Part shown: positions 8,262 to 14,942 of the stretch, piece after piece
Position numbering within the stretch: position 1 is the stretch's first letter
Layout: each line of letters begins with the position of its first letter
IMG/VR virus record: IMGVR_UViG_3300045988_006074
Span: 1 to 36,145 of that record
DNA length: 36,145 bases
Source of the DNA: a virus
Reading direction: 5' to 3' (one strand)
The notes under the pieces: generated by a model
Databases searched by the model: none
What the model saw: only the letters and a program-made list of their open reading frames with translations
Told to the model about the DNA's origin: nothing
Translations under genes and position numbers: made by a program

Positions 8262-8440
8262 CGGCACAGGACACAATATCTTGTGGTGAAGATTTGTTCC
8301 GCTGCCCTGTTCGGTGCGTAAGTGCCGGGCAGGGCTTTTCCCGTTCCTGGCTTTCGTTCCATTCCTCCGGGCTCATGTCATCCTCATCCAGGATGCAGTC
8401 CGGATAAGGTCAGTGGAAGCAGTCCCGGTCGCAGGCCGGT

Positions 8441-8656
8441 TTATTTTGCGTGTGCATGTCGGTCCTCCTTTCTGCGTTGTAAAACTGCGTCAAGCGCTTC
8501 CTCCATTCGCTTCTGCACGCCCTCCGGCTTGCGCTTCCCGTTGAGAAGCATCGAAACATACGGCTTTGTCACGCACATTTCTTTCGCAAGCTCGTCGAAG
8601 GTGACGCGCTCGTTGTGCATCTTACCGACGAGCCGCCCTGTCCATTTTTCCGGCAT
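8441..8656 (-). CDS. Cro-like XRE-type HTH regulator, the first gene of the leftward early operon.
   Basis: MPEKWTGRLVGKMHNERVTFDELAKEMCVTKPYVSMLLNGKRKP. The RBS is AAGGAGG followed by 7 nt. Confidence 0.7.
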   Translation of the reverse strand: MPEKWTGRLVGKMHNERVTFDELAKEMCVTKPYVSMLLNGKRKPEGVQKRMEEALDAVLQRRKEDRHAHAK

Positions 8657-8683
8657 TGTTTCGCCTCCTTTGCGTTTAATATG

Positions 8684-8712
8684 TTGACTGCTGCCCGAAA
8701 ATCTGATATTCT
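8684..8712 (+). promoter_or_regulatory. Sigma-70-type promoter on the plus strand, firing toward the repressor gene.
   Basis: TTGACT (8684..8689), a 17-nt spacer, then TATTCT (8707..8712). Confidence 0.45.
8686..8701. repeat. Left arm of a 16-bp perfect inverted repeat (GACTGCTGCCCGAAAA).
   Basis: Its reverse complement is found at 9041..9056. Both arms are flanked on the outside by GTT. Confidence 0.9.
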
Positions 8713-9040
8713 GTCTGTAGCCCTATGCGGCATTTTTAAGGGGGTGGTCGCATTGACCAAACTTTTGAACTTGCCAGTTCCAGACCAAAGAAACGGCGCG
8801 ATGCGTTAGGGCAAGGAGCAGAACCGGAACTGCTAAAGTGAGCGGCACACAAAGAAGCGTGCTACGAACACGTATCTTTGAGCGCTGCCGCAAAAGAATC
8901 TGCGGCAACGGTGGATCGCACATCCCAAAGCAATGCGGATGCTGCGTGAGATCGGGTGCTCAAAGGTTGCAATGTGTTCTGGTAAACAAATTCCGGTGGA
9001 GCCGTCGTTCGTGTTCGCAGCGCGGGCGGCGGTTTCAAAT

Positions 9041-9056
9041 TTTTCGGGCAGCAGTC
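9041..9056. repeat. Right arm of the 16-bp perfect inverted repeat (TTTTCGGGCAGCAGTC).
   Basis: Exact reverse complement of 8686..8701. Confidence 0.9.
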
Positions 9057-9074
9057 GTTTTTAACCGTGTCTTG

Positions 9075-9103
9075 ATTATACAGCTAGAAAAATTAGCAGT
9101 CAA
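9075..9103 (-). promoter_or_regulatory. Consensus sigma-70-type promoter on the minus strand, a candidate early lytic promoter.
   Basis: The minus strand reads TTGACT (9103..9098), GCTAATTTTTCTAGCTG (17 nt), then TATAAT (9080..9075). Confidence 0.6.
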
Positions 9104-9108
9104 TCTAC

Positions 9109-9122
9109 ATTTTGTACAAAAT
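9109..9122. promoter_or_regulatory. Perfect 14-bp palindrome ATTTTGTACAAAAT, a candidate operator.
   Basis: Read directly. It lies between the -35 of the minus-strand promoter and the RBS of the repressor gene. Confidence 0.4.
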
Positions 9123-9134
9123 AGGAGCGATTTT

Positions 9135-9464
9135 ATGGACGATTTTTACAAGCGCTATTGTGAGCTGTGCGCAAACAAAGGAATGTCCGCCTCTGGGGTA
9201 GCATCTGCTATTGGGCTATCAAATGCCGCCGCCAACGGTTGGAAAAAAGGGAAGCTGCCGAATGATACTACACTAGCCAAGCTTTCGGCTTATTTTGGCG
9301 TCACCGTTGAATATCTCAAGGGCGAAGAAACAAAAAAAGACCCCGCCGGAACCGGCGAGGTCGGGAGTGCGAAAAAAGCGTTGATTAACTTGATTGTTGA
9401 CCTCGACGAGGAGCAGTGCAGGAAGCTGCGCTCGATCATCGAGGAAGCTGTGAATTTGTTATGA
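9135..9464 (+). CDS. XRE-family HTH repressor-like protein (CI-like).
   Basis: An ATG at 9135 lies 7 nt after AGGAG. The protein reads MDDFYKRYCELCANKGMSASGVASAIGLSNAAANGWKKGKLPNDTTLAKLSAYFGVTVEYL. The gene is divergent from the Cro-like gene. Confidence 0.8.
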   Translation: MDDFYKRYCELCANKGMSASGVASAIGLSNAAANGWKKGKLPNDTTLAKLSAYFGVTVEYLKGEETKKDPAGTGEVGSAKKALINLIVDLDEEQCRKLRSIIEEAVNLL

Positions 9465-9799
9465 GACTTACAAAGAATTGCAGATATGTGCTTGACGTGC
9501 TGATTGCAAACCCGCCGCAAACGCAATCGTCTTCATACGACGCCTTTGCATTGATGTACGTTATTGAGAAAGACAGAATTGAAAGCTATGCCGTGTACAT
9601 GGGCGTTTTAAGCACTCTCGCAGAGGGAGGATACATTGAATGGCTTGACGGAAGCACGTCGGAATTCATGCTGACGGAAAAAGGAAAAAACTATAAAGAG
9701 CTAAAATACATGGAGATTCGTTCAGCGGTTATCCACGAGGCTATCGGTTTTGCTCTCGGCGTGGGCGCTGCGATCGTGGTAAAACTCCTTGTAAATTGA
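9461..9799 (+). CDS. Small protein with a winged-helix-like N-terminus and a C-terminal transmembrane helix, co-transcribed with the repressor.
   Basis: The start overlaps the repressor stop as ATGA. The C-terminus reads AIGFALGVGAAIVVKLLVN. The sequence is low in GC. Confidence 0.6.
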   Translation: MRLTKNCRYVLDVLIANPPQTQSSSYDAFALMYVIEKDRIESYAVYMGVLSTLAEGGYIEWLDGSTSEFMLTEKGKNYKELKYMEIRSAVIHEAIGFALGVGAAIVVKLLVN

Positions 9800-10012
9800 A
9801 TTTGGTCGGAAATTATTACACGCACGACCGTTCGCCTTGCAGCCAATCAGCACAAACGGCAAGTCTGTGTCCGGCATAATTGCATTCTCGCACAGTGCGC
9901 AGTGATAATTCAAACACGCTTCTTTGACGTCGGTTTCAATGTTTTGGCATTTCCGCAGTCGATCTTCAAGATAGCGGATACGTTTTTTCAATTCTCGTTT
10001 TGTAGTAAACAT
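9722..10012 (-). CDS. Cys-rich hypothetical protein (96 aa).
   Basis: Strong RBS: AAGGAGG, 5 nt, then ATG. The protein reads ...CLNYHCALCEN...GCKANGRACNNF. The 3' end overlaps the convergent gene 9461..9799 by 78 nt. Confidence 0.6.
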   Translation of the reverse strand: MFTTKRELKKRIRYLEDRLRKCQNIETDVKEACLNYHCALCENAIMPDTDLPFVLIGCKANGRACNNFRPNSIYKEFYHDRSAHAESKTDSLVDNR

Positions 10013-10149
10013 AGCAACCTCCTTATGACATATTCGGCCTGCGCCTCCGTCAGCGCAAGGGCTTTTTCAATCAGGTCCGCGCGGGTTTTCTCCAACATTA
10101 CTGTACGCGATGCTTGTTCTTTTGTCAATGGCGTAACTTTTTCTCTCAC
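9988..10149 (-). CDS. Small helical protein (53 aa, GTG start).
   Basis: AAAGGGGTAGG precedes a GTG at 10149. The protein reads VREKVTPLTKEQASRTVMLEKTRADLIEKALALTEAQAEYVIRRLL... It overlaps the next gene by 25 nt. Confidence 0.45.
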   Translation of the reverse strand: MREKVTPLTKEQASRTVMLEKTRADLIEKALALTEAQAEYVIRRLLCLLQNEN

Positions 10150-10212
10150 GTTCCTACCCCTTTCGTTGAATTGTGACAAAAATAGATCATTAAAATTGTG
10201 GAGTATTACGGT

Positions 10213-10240
10213 TTGTAAAAAACGTATGAAGTGGTAATAT
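10213..10240 (+). promoter_or_regulatory. Candidate promoter for the 10282 gene.
   Basis: TTGTAA (10213..10218), a 16-nt spacer, then TAATAT (10235..10240). Confidence 0.4.
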
Positions 10241-10281
10241 GGATATGTAAATGAAACTAAGCAAAACACGGAGGTACTACA

Positions 10282-10530
10282 ATGGTTTGTCCAGATTGTG
10301 GAAGCGAAAATGTAACAATTTCTATGGAACAGGTTGCAAGCAAAACAAAGAAGCACGGAAACGGATTTGGTGGTCATATGAATAACGCTGCAAGGGGCGT
10401 CACTGCTATGTGTACCCTCGGTATGTCCAACCTTTTTTGGAAAAAGAGTAAAGGAACCGAAAAAACGAAAATCAGGAGCGCCAAAATATGCCTGTGCCAA
10501 AACTGCGGAAATTCCTGGGAAATCGAATGA
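10282..10530 (+). CDS. Zinc-ribbon protein (82 aa).
   Basis: MVCPDCGSENV...ICLCQNCGNSWEIE. The RBS is ACGGAGG. The sequence is low in GC. Confidence 0.6.
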   Translation: MVCPDCGSENVTISMEQVASKTKKHGNGFGGHMNNAARGVTAMCTLGMSNLFWKKSKGTEKTKIRSAKICLCQNCGNSWEIE

Positions 10531-10571
10531 TGCGCACAAAACATACCGTATTATTACTAATGTAATTAGCT

Positions 10572-10745
10572 CTAATGTAAGATTTTTTTCTGCTCCTGCT
10601 TCCCACCAATATCCGCGACACAAGAGAACAGCAGCGGGCAGCCCTTGACGTAATCCAAAGAAAAGCTATGAAGGTCCGTTAACGTAATCCCGTCGATGGT
10701 GATGCTCACCTTGTTGCCGTCGGCAATAATCTGAATATATTGCAT
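10572..10745 (-). CDS. Small hypothetical protein (57 aa).
   Basis: An ATG at 10745 lies 5 nt after AAGGAGGTG. Confidence 0.55.
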   Translation of the reverse strand: MQYIQIIADGNKVSITIDGITLTDLHSFSLDYVKGCPLLFSCVADIGGKQEQKKILH

Positions 10746-10881
10746 GATGTCACCTCCTTGCATCATTACTCTTCAGTCACGAGACTACTACTGAAACGCG
10801 ACAATCTCAATACGCAAGTATGCAAAAGGCAAACCAAATGTACGCTGTACAGTCGCCATAAAAAATGCTGCACAAAAGGGA

Positions 10882-11289
10882 GTGCTTGTTACGACGGTTC
10901 AGGATATTATTTTTGGTATTATTGCACAAAAAGAGGCAACCGGCATGACAAACCAGCAGATTGCGGATTCAGCGAAGGTATCAAAGACAACCGTTGACCG
11001 ATTGCTGCGAAACGACCCAGGAACCAGCCCAAATGCGCAGACGCTTATCGATGTAGCTAATACAGTCGGGTATCAAATCGGAGGCGCCGAACCACACAGC
11101 GAGGTGCGGGAAATCTACGAGGAGCAAATCAAGCAAACAGAAGCGCATTACAACAGAATACTTACACTGCAAAATCGGTGGCTGCGCTTCGCTGTTATTC
11201 TCTGCCTGATCTTAATCGTCTTTGTCATAGCAATGCTTCTATTTGATATGACGCACCCAGACACAGGCTGGATAACAGACAATAGTTGA
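10882..11289 (+). CDS. HTH (XRE-like) protein with a C-terminal transmembrane anchor.
   Basis: GMTNQQIADSAKVSKTTVDRLLRND, followed by RWLRFAVILCLILIVFVIAMLLF. The start is ambiguous: GTG at 10882, or ATG at 10945 with an AAAGAGG RBS. Confidence 0.65.
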   Translation: MLVTTVQDIIFGIIAQKEATGMTNQQIADSAKVSKTTVDRLLRNDPGTSPNAQTLIDVANTVGYQIGGAEPHSEVREIYEEQIKQTEAHYNRILTLQNRWLRFAVILCLILIVFVIAMLLFDMTHPDTGWITDNS

Positions 11290-11342
11290 TAATGCGGGGG
11301 TATCAGCGAAAGCCGATACCCCTTTTTTGCAGGAGGAAAAAT

Positions 11343-12419
11343 ATGGGATGTATCAAATGCGGTCGAGACATTCCCGACGGGGCCATGTTCTGCCCGTGGT
11401 GCGGAAAAAAACAGGTGCAAGAAAAGCGGAAGGCCCTCAAACGAGCAAACGGGACAGGCACGGTTTACAAGCTGTCAGGCCGTCGCAGCCGTCCGTGGGT
11501 AGCGGCTAAAAACAAGATTGTCATTGGGTATTACGCGAAGAAAACAGAGGCCATGGAAGCCATAGAGCGCCTGGCTGGTAGATCAATCTCGGAACGGTAC
11601 AATATGACATTCGAGGAGGTATTTCAGGAATGGAAAGCGGAACACTTCCGGGAAATTGGAGAAAAGAGCATTGCCGCATATGAAAACGCTTACGCAAAAA
11701 GCAAGGAGCTCTATGGTAGGCAGTTTCGCTCCCTGCGCGTGAAGGACTTCCAGTCAATTATTGATAACAACAAAGCTGCCAAGTCACGCTCTGCACAAGC
11801 CAAATACAAGCATCTGTTTGTGCAACTATCAGAGTGGGCCGTGCGCGAGGAGGCTGCCACGACAAACTACGCCAGATTTGTGAAGCTAGACGGTGAAAAG
11901 CCGAAAGAAAAAGCTGTGTTTACAGATTCAGATATAAAAAAGATGGAAGCAGCCGGAACACCCGCGGCAAAACTCACCCTCATGCTGATTTACACCGGGA
12001 TGCGCATCGGCGAAATGTTTTCCCTGCCGCTTTCCGGATATCATGAATCCTATGTTATCGGCGGCGAAAAAACAGAAGCGGGCCGAAATCGAGTCATACC
12101 GATCCGCCCAGAGGGGCGTGCCTACTTTGCAGAGATCGCAGCTAGAGCAGATGGTGATCTTCTGATTTCCGGGTATGCCGGGCAAAAAGTAGCTGAAAAC
12201 TTCCGGAAGCGAGATTATTACCCGATGTTGGAGCAGCTCGGTATTGAAAAAAAGCCACCACACGCAACGCGTCACACCTTCGCAAGCTGGGCCGTCTCCG
12301 CCGGGATCAGACCGGAAATGCTGCAGAAAATTCTTGGTCACTCAAACTATGATACAACAGCAGATATATACGTTCACGCAAATATTGATCAGCTTGTGGA
12401 AGAGGTAGAAGCGCACTGA
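11343..12419 (+). CDS. int: Tyrosine integrase with an N-terminal zinc ribbon and an arm-type DNA-binding domain.
   Basis: An ATG at 11343 follows GGAGG. The protein reads MGCIKCGRDIPDGAMFCPWCG; TGTVYKLSGRRSRPWVAAK...; GMRIGEMFSL; HATRHTFASWAV; LGHSNYDTTADIYVH. Confidence 0.9.
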   Translation: MGCIKCGRDIPDGAMFCPWCGKKQVQEKRKALKRANGTGTVYKLSGRRSRPWVAAKNKIVIGYYAKKTEAMEAIERLAGRSISERYNMTFEEVFQEWKAEHFREIGEKSIAAYENAYAKSKELYGRQFRSLRVKDFQSIIDNNKAAKSRSAQAKYKHLFVQLSEWAVREEAATTNYARFVKLDGEKPKEKAVFTDSDIKKMEAAGTPAAKLTLMLIYTGMRIGEMFSLPLSGYHESYVIGGEKTEAGRNRVIPIRPEGRAYFAEIAARADGDLLISGYAGQKVAENFRKRDYYPMLEQLGIEKKPPHATRHTFASWAVSAGIRPEMLQKILGHSNYDTTADIYVHANIDQLVEEVEAH

Positions 12420-12451
12420 CGCAGACATTTTTTTCATGTATGAAGCCGCAT

Positions 12452-12472
12452 TGTTAGCAACGTGTTAGTAAC
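12452..12472 (+). repeat. Candidate integrase arm-type sites, left pair: TGTTAGCAAC-G-TGTTAGTAAC.
   Basis: The same 10-mers recur at 12685..12705 in swapped order. Confidence 0.6.
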
Positions 12473-12596
12473 CGAAGTAGAACGTCGTGCACTCTGGAAA
12501 CTTTTTAAACGTGCGCAATTCGGAAATTCCCCTAAATTCCATTGCATTTCAAACTATAATGTTTATTTTTTTCATCTCGTCAAATTCACATCAGCA

Positions 12597-12628
12597 GGTC
12601 GCCGGTTCGAGTCCGGCCAGTAGCTCCA
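12597..12628 (+). other. A tRNA 3' fragment (T-arm, 3' acceptor strand and CCA), the likely attP core.
   Basis: GGTC-GCCGG-TTCGAGT-CCGGC-CAGTAGC-T-CCA. No matching 5' acceptor strand (GCTACTG) is found upstream, so this is not a complete tRNA. Confidence 0.7.
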
Positions 12629-12667
12629 AAAAATCCTTGAAAACATCGCGTTTTCAAGGATTTTTTA
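12628..12667. terminator. Rho-independent terminator, bidirectional in appearance.
   Basis: A perfect 14-bp stem, AAATCCTTGAAAAC / GTTTTCAAGGATTT, with loop ATCGC. It is flanked by an A-run and a T-run. Confidence 0.8.
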
Positions 12668-12684
12668 TGTGGTCTCGCCTATTT

Positions 12685-12705
12685 TGTTAGTAACGTGTTA
12701 GCAAC
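12685..12705 (+). repeat. Candidate integrase arm-type sites, right pair: TGTTAGTAAC-G-TGTTAGCAAC.
   Basis: Direct-orientation copies of the 12452..12472 motifs. Confidence 0.6.
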
Positions 12706-12711
12706 TAAGGG

Positions 12712-13026
12712 TTAAGCGTTGCCAAGCCTGACAAGAACAGAATTATACGCCACAGGGTTCACAACTCGAAGCACATCCATTAACTCATCAATAATGGACC
12801 ATGCCTTTACGCTGTCTACCCCAGATACAGCAAGCAAAAACTCGCTTTCTCCATCAATAGACACCGGCTGTGGTTCGTAAACCTCCGAGTTTGAACAGAG
12901 CCGTTTGTAAATCATCGCAGCATAGAGAGGGGCCAGCCGTTCCATCGTCGCATAAGATGTGTCGCGACTCGCCTCCATGTTGATGATTTCTTTTTCAATT
13001 TCGTCAAAGTCAATCATATCGCTCAC
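12712..13026 (-). CDS. Hypothetical acidic protein, the last gene of the accessory cluster.
   Basis: The ORF overlaps the upstream stop. The start is GTG at 13026 or ATG at 13017. Confidence 0.6.
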   Translation of the reverse strand: MSDMIDFDEIEKEIINMEASRDTSYATMERLAPLYAAMIYKRLCSNSEVYEPQPVSIDGESEFLLAVSGVDSVKAWSIIDELMDVLRVVNPVAYNSVLVRLGNA

Positions 13027-13331
13027 CCACGATACATACTCTGGTAGGCCTTGACCTGCTGCGCCTCTTCGATCTGCCGCTCGTGCAGATAATCATACAC
13101 AGCAAGCATGGATTCTGGCGGCGCCCCTTTCTCCTTTCTGTACTGTGTAATGATGCGGGCCACTTCTTCGTGCAGAAGATTCATGTGGCGCATTTCGTCA
13201 GTCGACAGATCGAAAAACGTCTTAGCCAGGACACCATCTGTATCTTTGTACTTCAGCGCGCACTTTGCGTATTTCTGCGCGTCGCCAATCTCTTCCTCGA
13301 TCATCTCAGATAACTTTTCAATCAATCTCAT
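13023..13331 (-). CDS. Ferritin-like or four-helix-bundle-type hypothetical protein.
   Basis: EEEIGDAQKYAKCA...LSTDEMRHMNLLHEEV, an E...ExxH-like pairing. The RBS is GAGGTGG. Confidence 0.55.
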   Translation of the reverse strand: MRLIEKLSEMIEEEIGDAQKYAKCALKYKDTDGVLAKTFFDLSTDEMRHMNLLHEEVARIITQYRKEKGAPPESMLAVYDYLHERQIEEAQQVKAYQSMYRG

Positions 13332-13340
13332 GGCGCCACC

Positions 13341-13742
13341 TCAGATGCGCTGCACACGCAGGGCCACATTGTTTACGGTGGATGCTGCTCCGGTAAGAAC
13401 GATGGTAAGGGACGACCCCGCCGAGCAGCACGCCTGACGTACCAAGGAGGGGAACGAGAGAAGCACGGTGGAGCCTGCTGCGGCGGTCGCAGATGCCGTT
13501 GCACCAGGCACGGCTACACCATTCAAAAATAGCGTGGCTGTAACTGTCCCTGCGGTAGTTGGAGTGAGGGTGACGGATGCATCAACGTCGTAATAGCCCT
13601 TGCTCAAAATATTGATAGCATTGCCATTCATGGCAATATCACATCCATATCGACGAATCAGGCTGCCGAGGGGGATAACACCATCGACAGAAACTCCGGT
13701 CGGATTCTGCATTGCGGTATAAATAGCAGATTTGCAAGACAT
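13341..13742 (-). CDS. Beta-rich hypothetical protein, with a possible BclA-C/C1q-like jelly-roll fold (inference).
   Basis: An ATG at 13742 follows GAAAGGAGAA. The protein reads MSCKSAIYTA...IPLGSLIRRYGCDIAMNGNAINILSKGYYDVDASVTLTP...LVRQACCSAGSSLTIVL. Confidence 0.6.
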   Translation of the reverse strand: MSCKSAIYTAMQNPTGVSVDGVIPLGSLIRRYGCDIAMNGNAINILSKGYYDVDASVTLTPTTAGTVTATLFLNGVAVPGATASATAAAGSTVLLSFPSLVRQACCSAGSSLTIVLTGAASTVNNVALRVQRI

Positions 13743-13823
13743 ATCAAATTCTCCTTTCAAAATACACGGGCGAGGGATATGCCCCCCGCCCGTTCACCCG
13801 GCCAAGAGGGCCTACCATTTTAC

Positions 13824-14480
13824 TCAGATATTGCCGCAGCCGCTATTGCAGCCACAGAACGGGGACGAGCCAGCGCTGTATGTAAGGCCATTGGGATAGC
13901 GAACGACGCCACACATGCGGTTGTCCATTTCAAGGCTTGCTACCTTGTCGCGGAGCGCCTGCAGTTCGTTCGCCTGCATCAGTGCGCGGGTCGCCTCGCC
14001 CTCAGCGTGGATGGCCGTCGTGATGTCGCACGTCTGGCGATCCATCTGCGCAGACAGATTGGCAGTCGCCAGGCGGTTGTCGCAGCAGCACTGCGCAATC
14101 TGGCCCTGAATACTGTTGCCGGTCTGCATGATCGTTGTGTTTGTGCCAGCCTGCGCCAGCGCGACCTCCCTGCCAAGTTGGCCAATATTCCCCTGCATCT
14201 CATAGCCGAGCGTGCATAGGCCGTTGCCTACGTTGGTGATTCGATCGTTGAGCTGTCCAAAGTGCTGGCCGAACAAGATTTCCTGTTGGCTGGCTGCAGT
14301 GGCGTACTGCCCAAACTCGCCCTGGCGGTTGAAGCCACCCCATCCGCCGCCCATAAAGACGAACAAGAAAAGGATGATAATCCACCATGCACCACCGCTG
14401 CCGCCCCAACCGTCGTTGTCTTTGCTAACTGCAGCGAGATCGGAAAGGCTATAGTTGTCCAAGTTAAACACCTCTTTCAA
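13824..14480 (-). CDS. Gly/Trp-rich membrane-anchored protein with a CCC motif and a Cys-rich C-terminus.
   Basis: GWGGSGGAWWIIILFLFVFMGGGWGGF...QIAQCCCDNRLA...SPFCGCNSGCGNI. A likely TTG start at 14462 follows AAAGAGGTG. Confidence 0.65.
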   Translation of the reverse strand: MKEVFNLDNYSLSDLAAVSKDNDGWGGSGGAWWIIILFLFVFMGGGWGGFNRQGEFGQYATAASQQEILFGQHFGQLNDRITNVGNGLCTLGYEMQGNIGQLGREVALAQAGTNTTIMQTGNSIQGQIAQCCCDNRLATANLSAQMDRQTCDITTAIHAEGEATRALMQANELQALRDKVASLEMDNRMCGVVRYPNGLTYSAGSSPFCGCNSGCGNI

Positions 14481-14509
14481 ATTAAAATTATAAACCGTGT
14501 CGACCCGGC

Positions 14510-14728
14510 TTATTTCAAAAATTGCATGAAGTCCTTTGCTTGTTTTTGAAGCTGCTGAAATTGATCCTGCGTCATCTGCCCGGACGACAGCAACTGTTCA
14601 ATCTGCTGCTTCGCATTCTGCGGCGTCATACCGGCTGCAAATTTTCTAAACTCAGATATCATTGCAAGCGGGTTATTCTGCTTTCTGGCCCCGTTTCCCA
14701 TCAACATTTGCATCATCGGATTTGCCAT
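14510..14728 (-). CDS. Small Gln/Met-rich protein (72 aa).
   Basis: The RBS is TGGAGGA. The protein reads MANPMMQMLMGNGARKQNNPLAMISEFRKF...QDQFQQLQKQAKDFMQFLK. Confidence 0.6.
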   Translation of the reverse strand: MANPMMQMLMGNGARKQNNPLAMISEFRKFAAGMTPQNAKQQIEQLLSSGQMTQDQFQQLQKQAKDFMQFLK

Positions 14729-14942
14729 TGATCAAGTCCTCCAATCTCTTCACGCGCTCCTCTAAACTGTTGACATCCACCGGCAAGGCCGTCTGATATG
14801 GGGCAATGCTATACGGTGTGGTCGTCGCATAGCCAGCACCATCCGTCACTTTTAGCCATACAATAGGATCGTTTTCATCCATCAGCAGGACAGAGCTATT
14901 TGGGGCCAGCCTGAGCGCGTCTGCGCCGTTTTTTCCGTTCAC
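14673..14942 (-). CDS. C-terminal portion of a split gene (VNGKNGADALRLAPNSSVLLMDENDPIVWLKVTDGAGY...).
   Basis: GTG-initiated ORF with no SD sequence. It overlaps ORF 14896..15051 by 47 nt in the +1 frame. Confidence 0.55.
   Translation of the reverse strand: MNGKNGADALRLAPNSSVLLMDENDPIVWLKVTDGAGYATTTPYSIAPYQTALPVDVNSLEERVKRLEDLINGKSDDANVDGKRGQKAE

Noticed and set aside
8230-8376. A possible 48-aa minus-strand ORF (MSPEEWNESQEREKPCPAL...) between the Cro-like gene and the 8024..8233 gene.
   Set aside because: The SD spacing is poor (GAGGA then 4 nt) and the composition is low-complexity. I cannot tell it apart from a non-coding spacer without comparative data.
8723-8923. A 66-aa minus-strand ORF inside the switch leader (MCDPPLPQ...LLCVPLTLAVPVLLLAL...).
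   Set aside because: It has no usable SD sequence and lies within strongly self-complementary sequence. It is kept only as a caveat to the non-coding interpretation.
8838-9134. The N-terminal extension of about 100 aa on the repressor ORF (ORF 8838..9464).
   Set aside because: The extension is Arg/Cys-rich nonsense. The HTH protein has its own AGGAG RBS and ATG at 9135. Promoters and an operator-like palindrome lie inside the extension.
9988-10623. A 211-aa minus-strand ORF.
   Set aside because: It runs through an AT-rich divergent promoter region and antisense across the plus-strand zinc-ribbon gene. Only its last 53 codons (9988..10149) have an RBS and look protein-like.
12487-12690. A 67-aa plus-strand ORF, and the possibility of a complete tRNA gene.
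   Set aside because: The ORF spans the attP AT-rich arm, the tRNA fragment and the terminator. The tRNA-like sequence lacks the 5' acceptor, D arm and anticodon arm, so only a 3' fragment is present.
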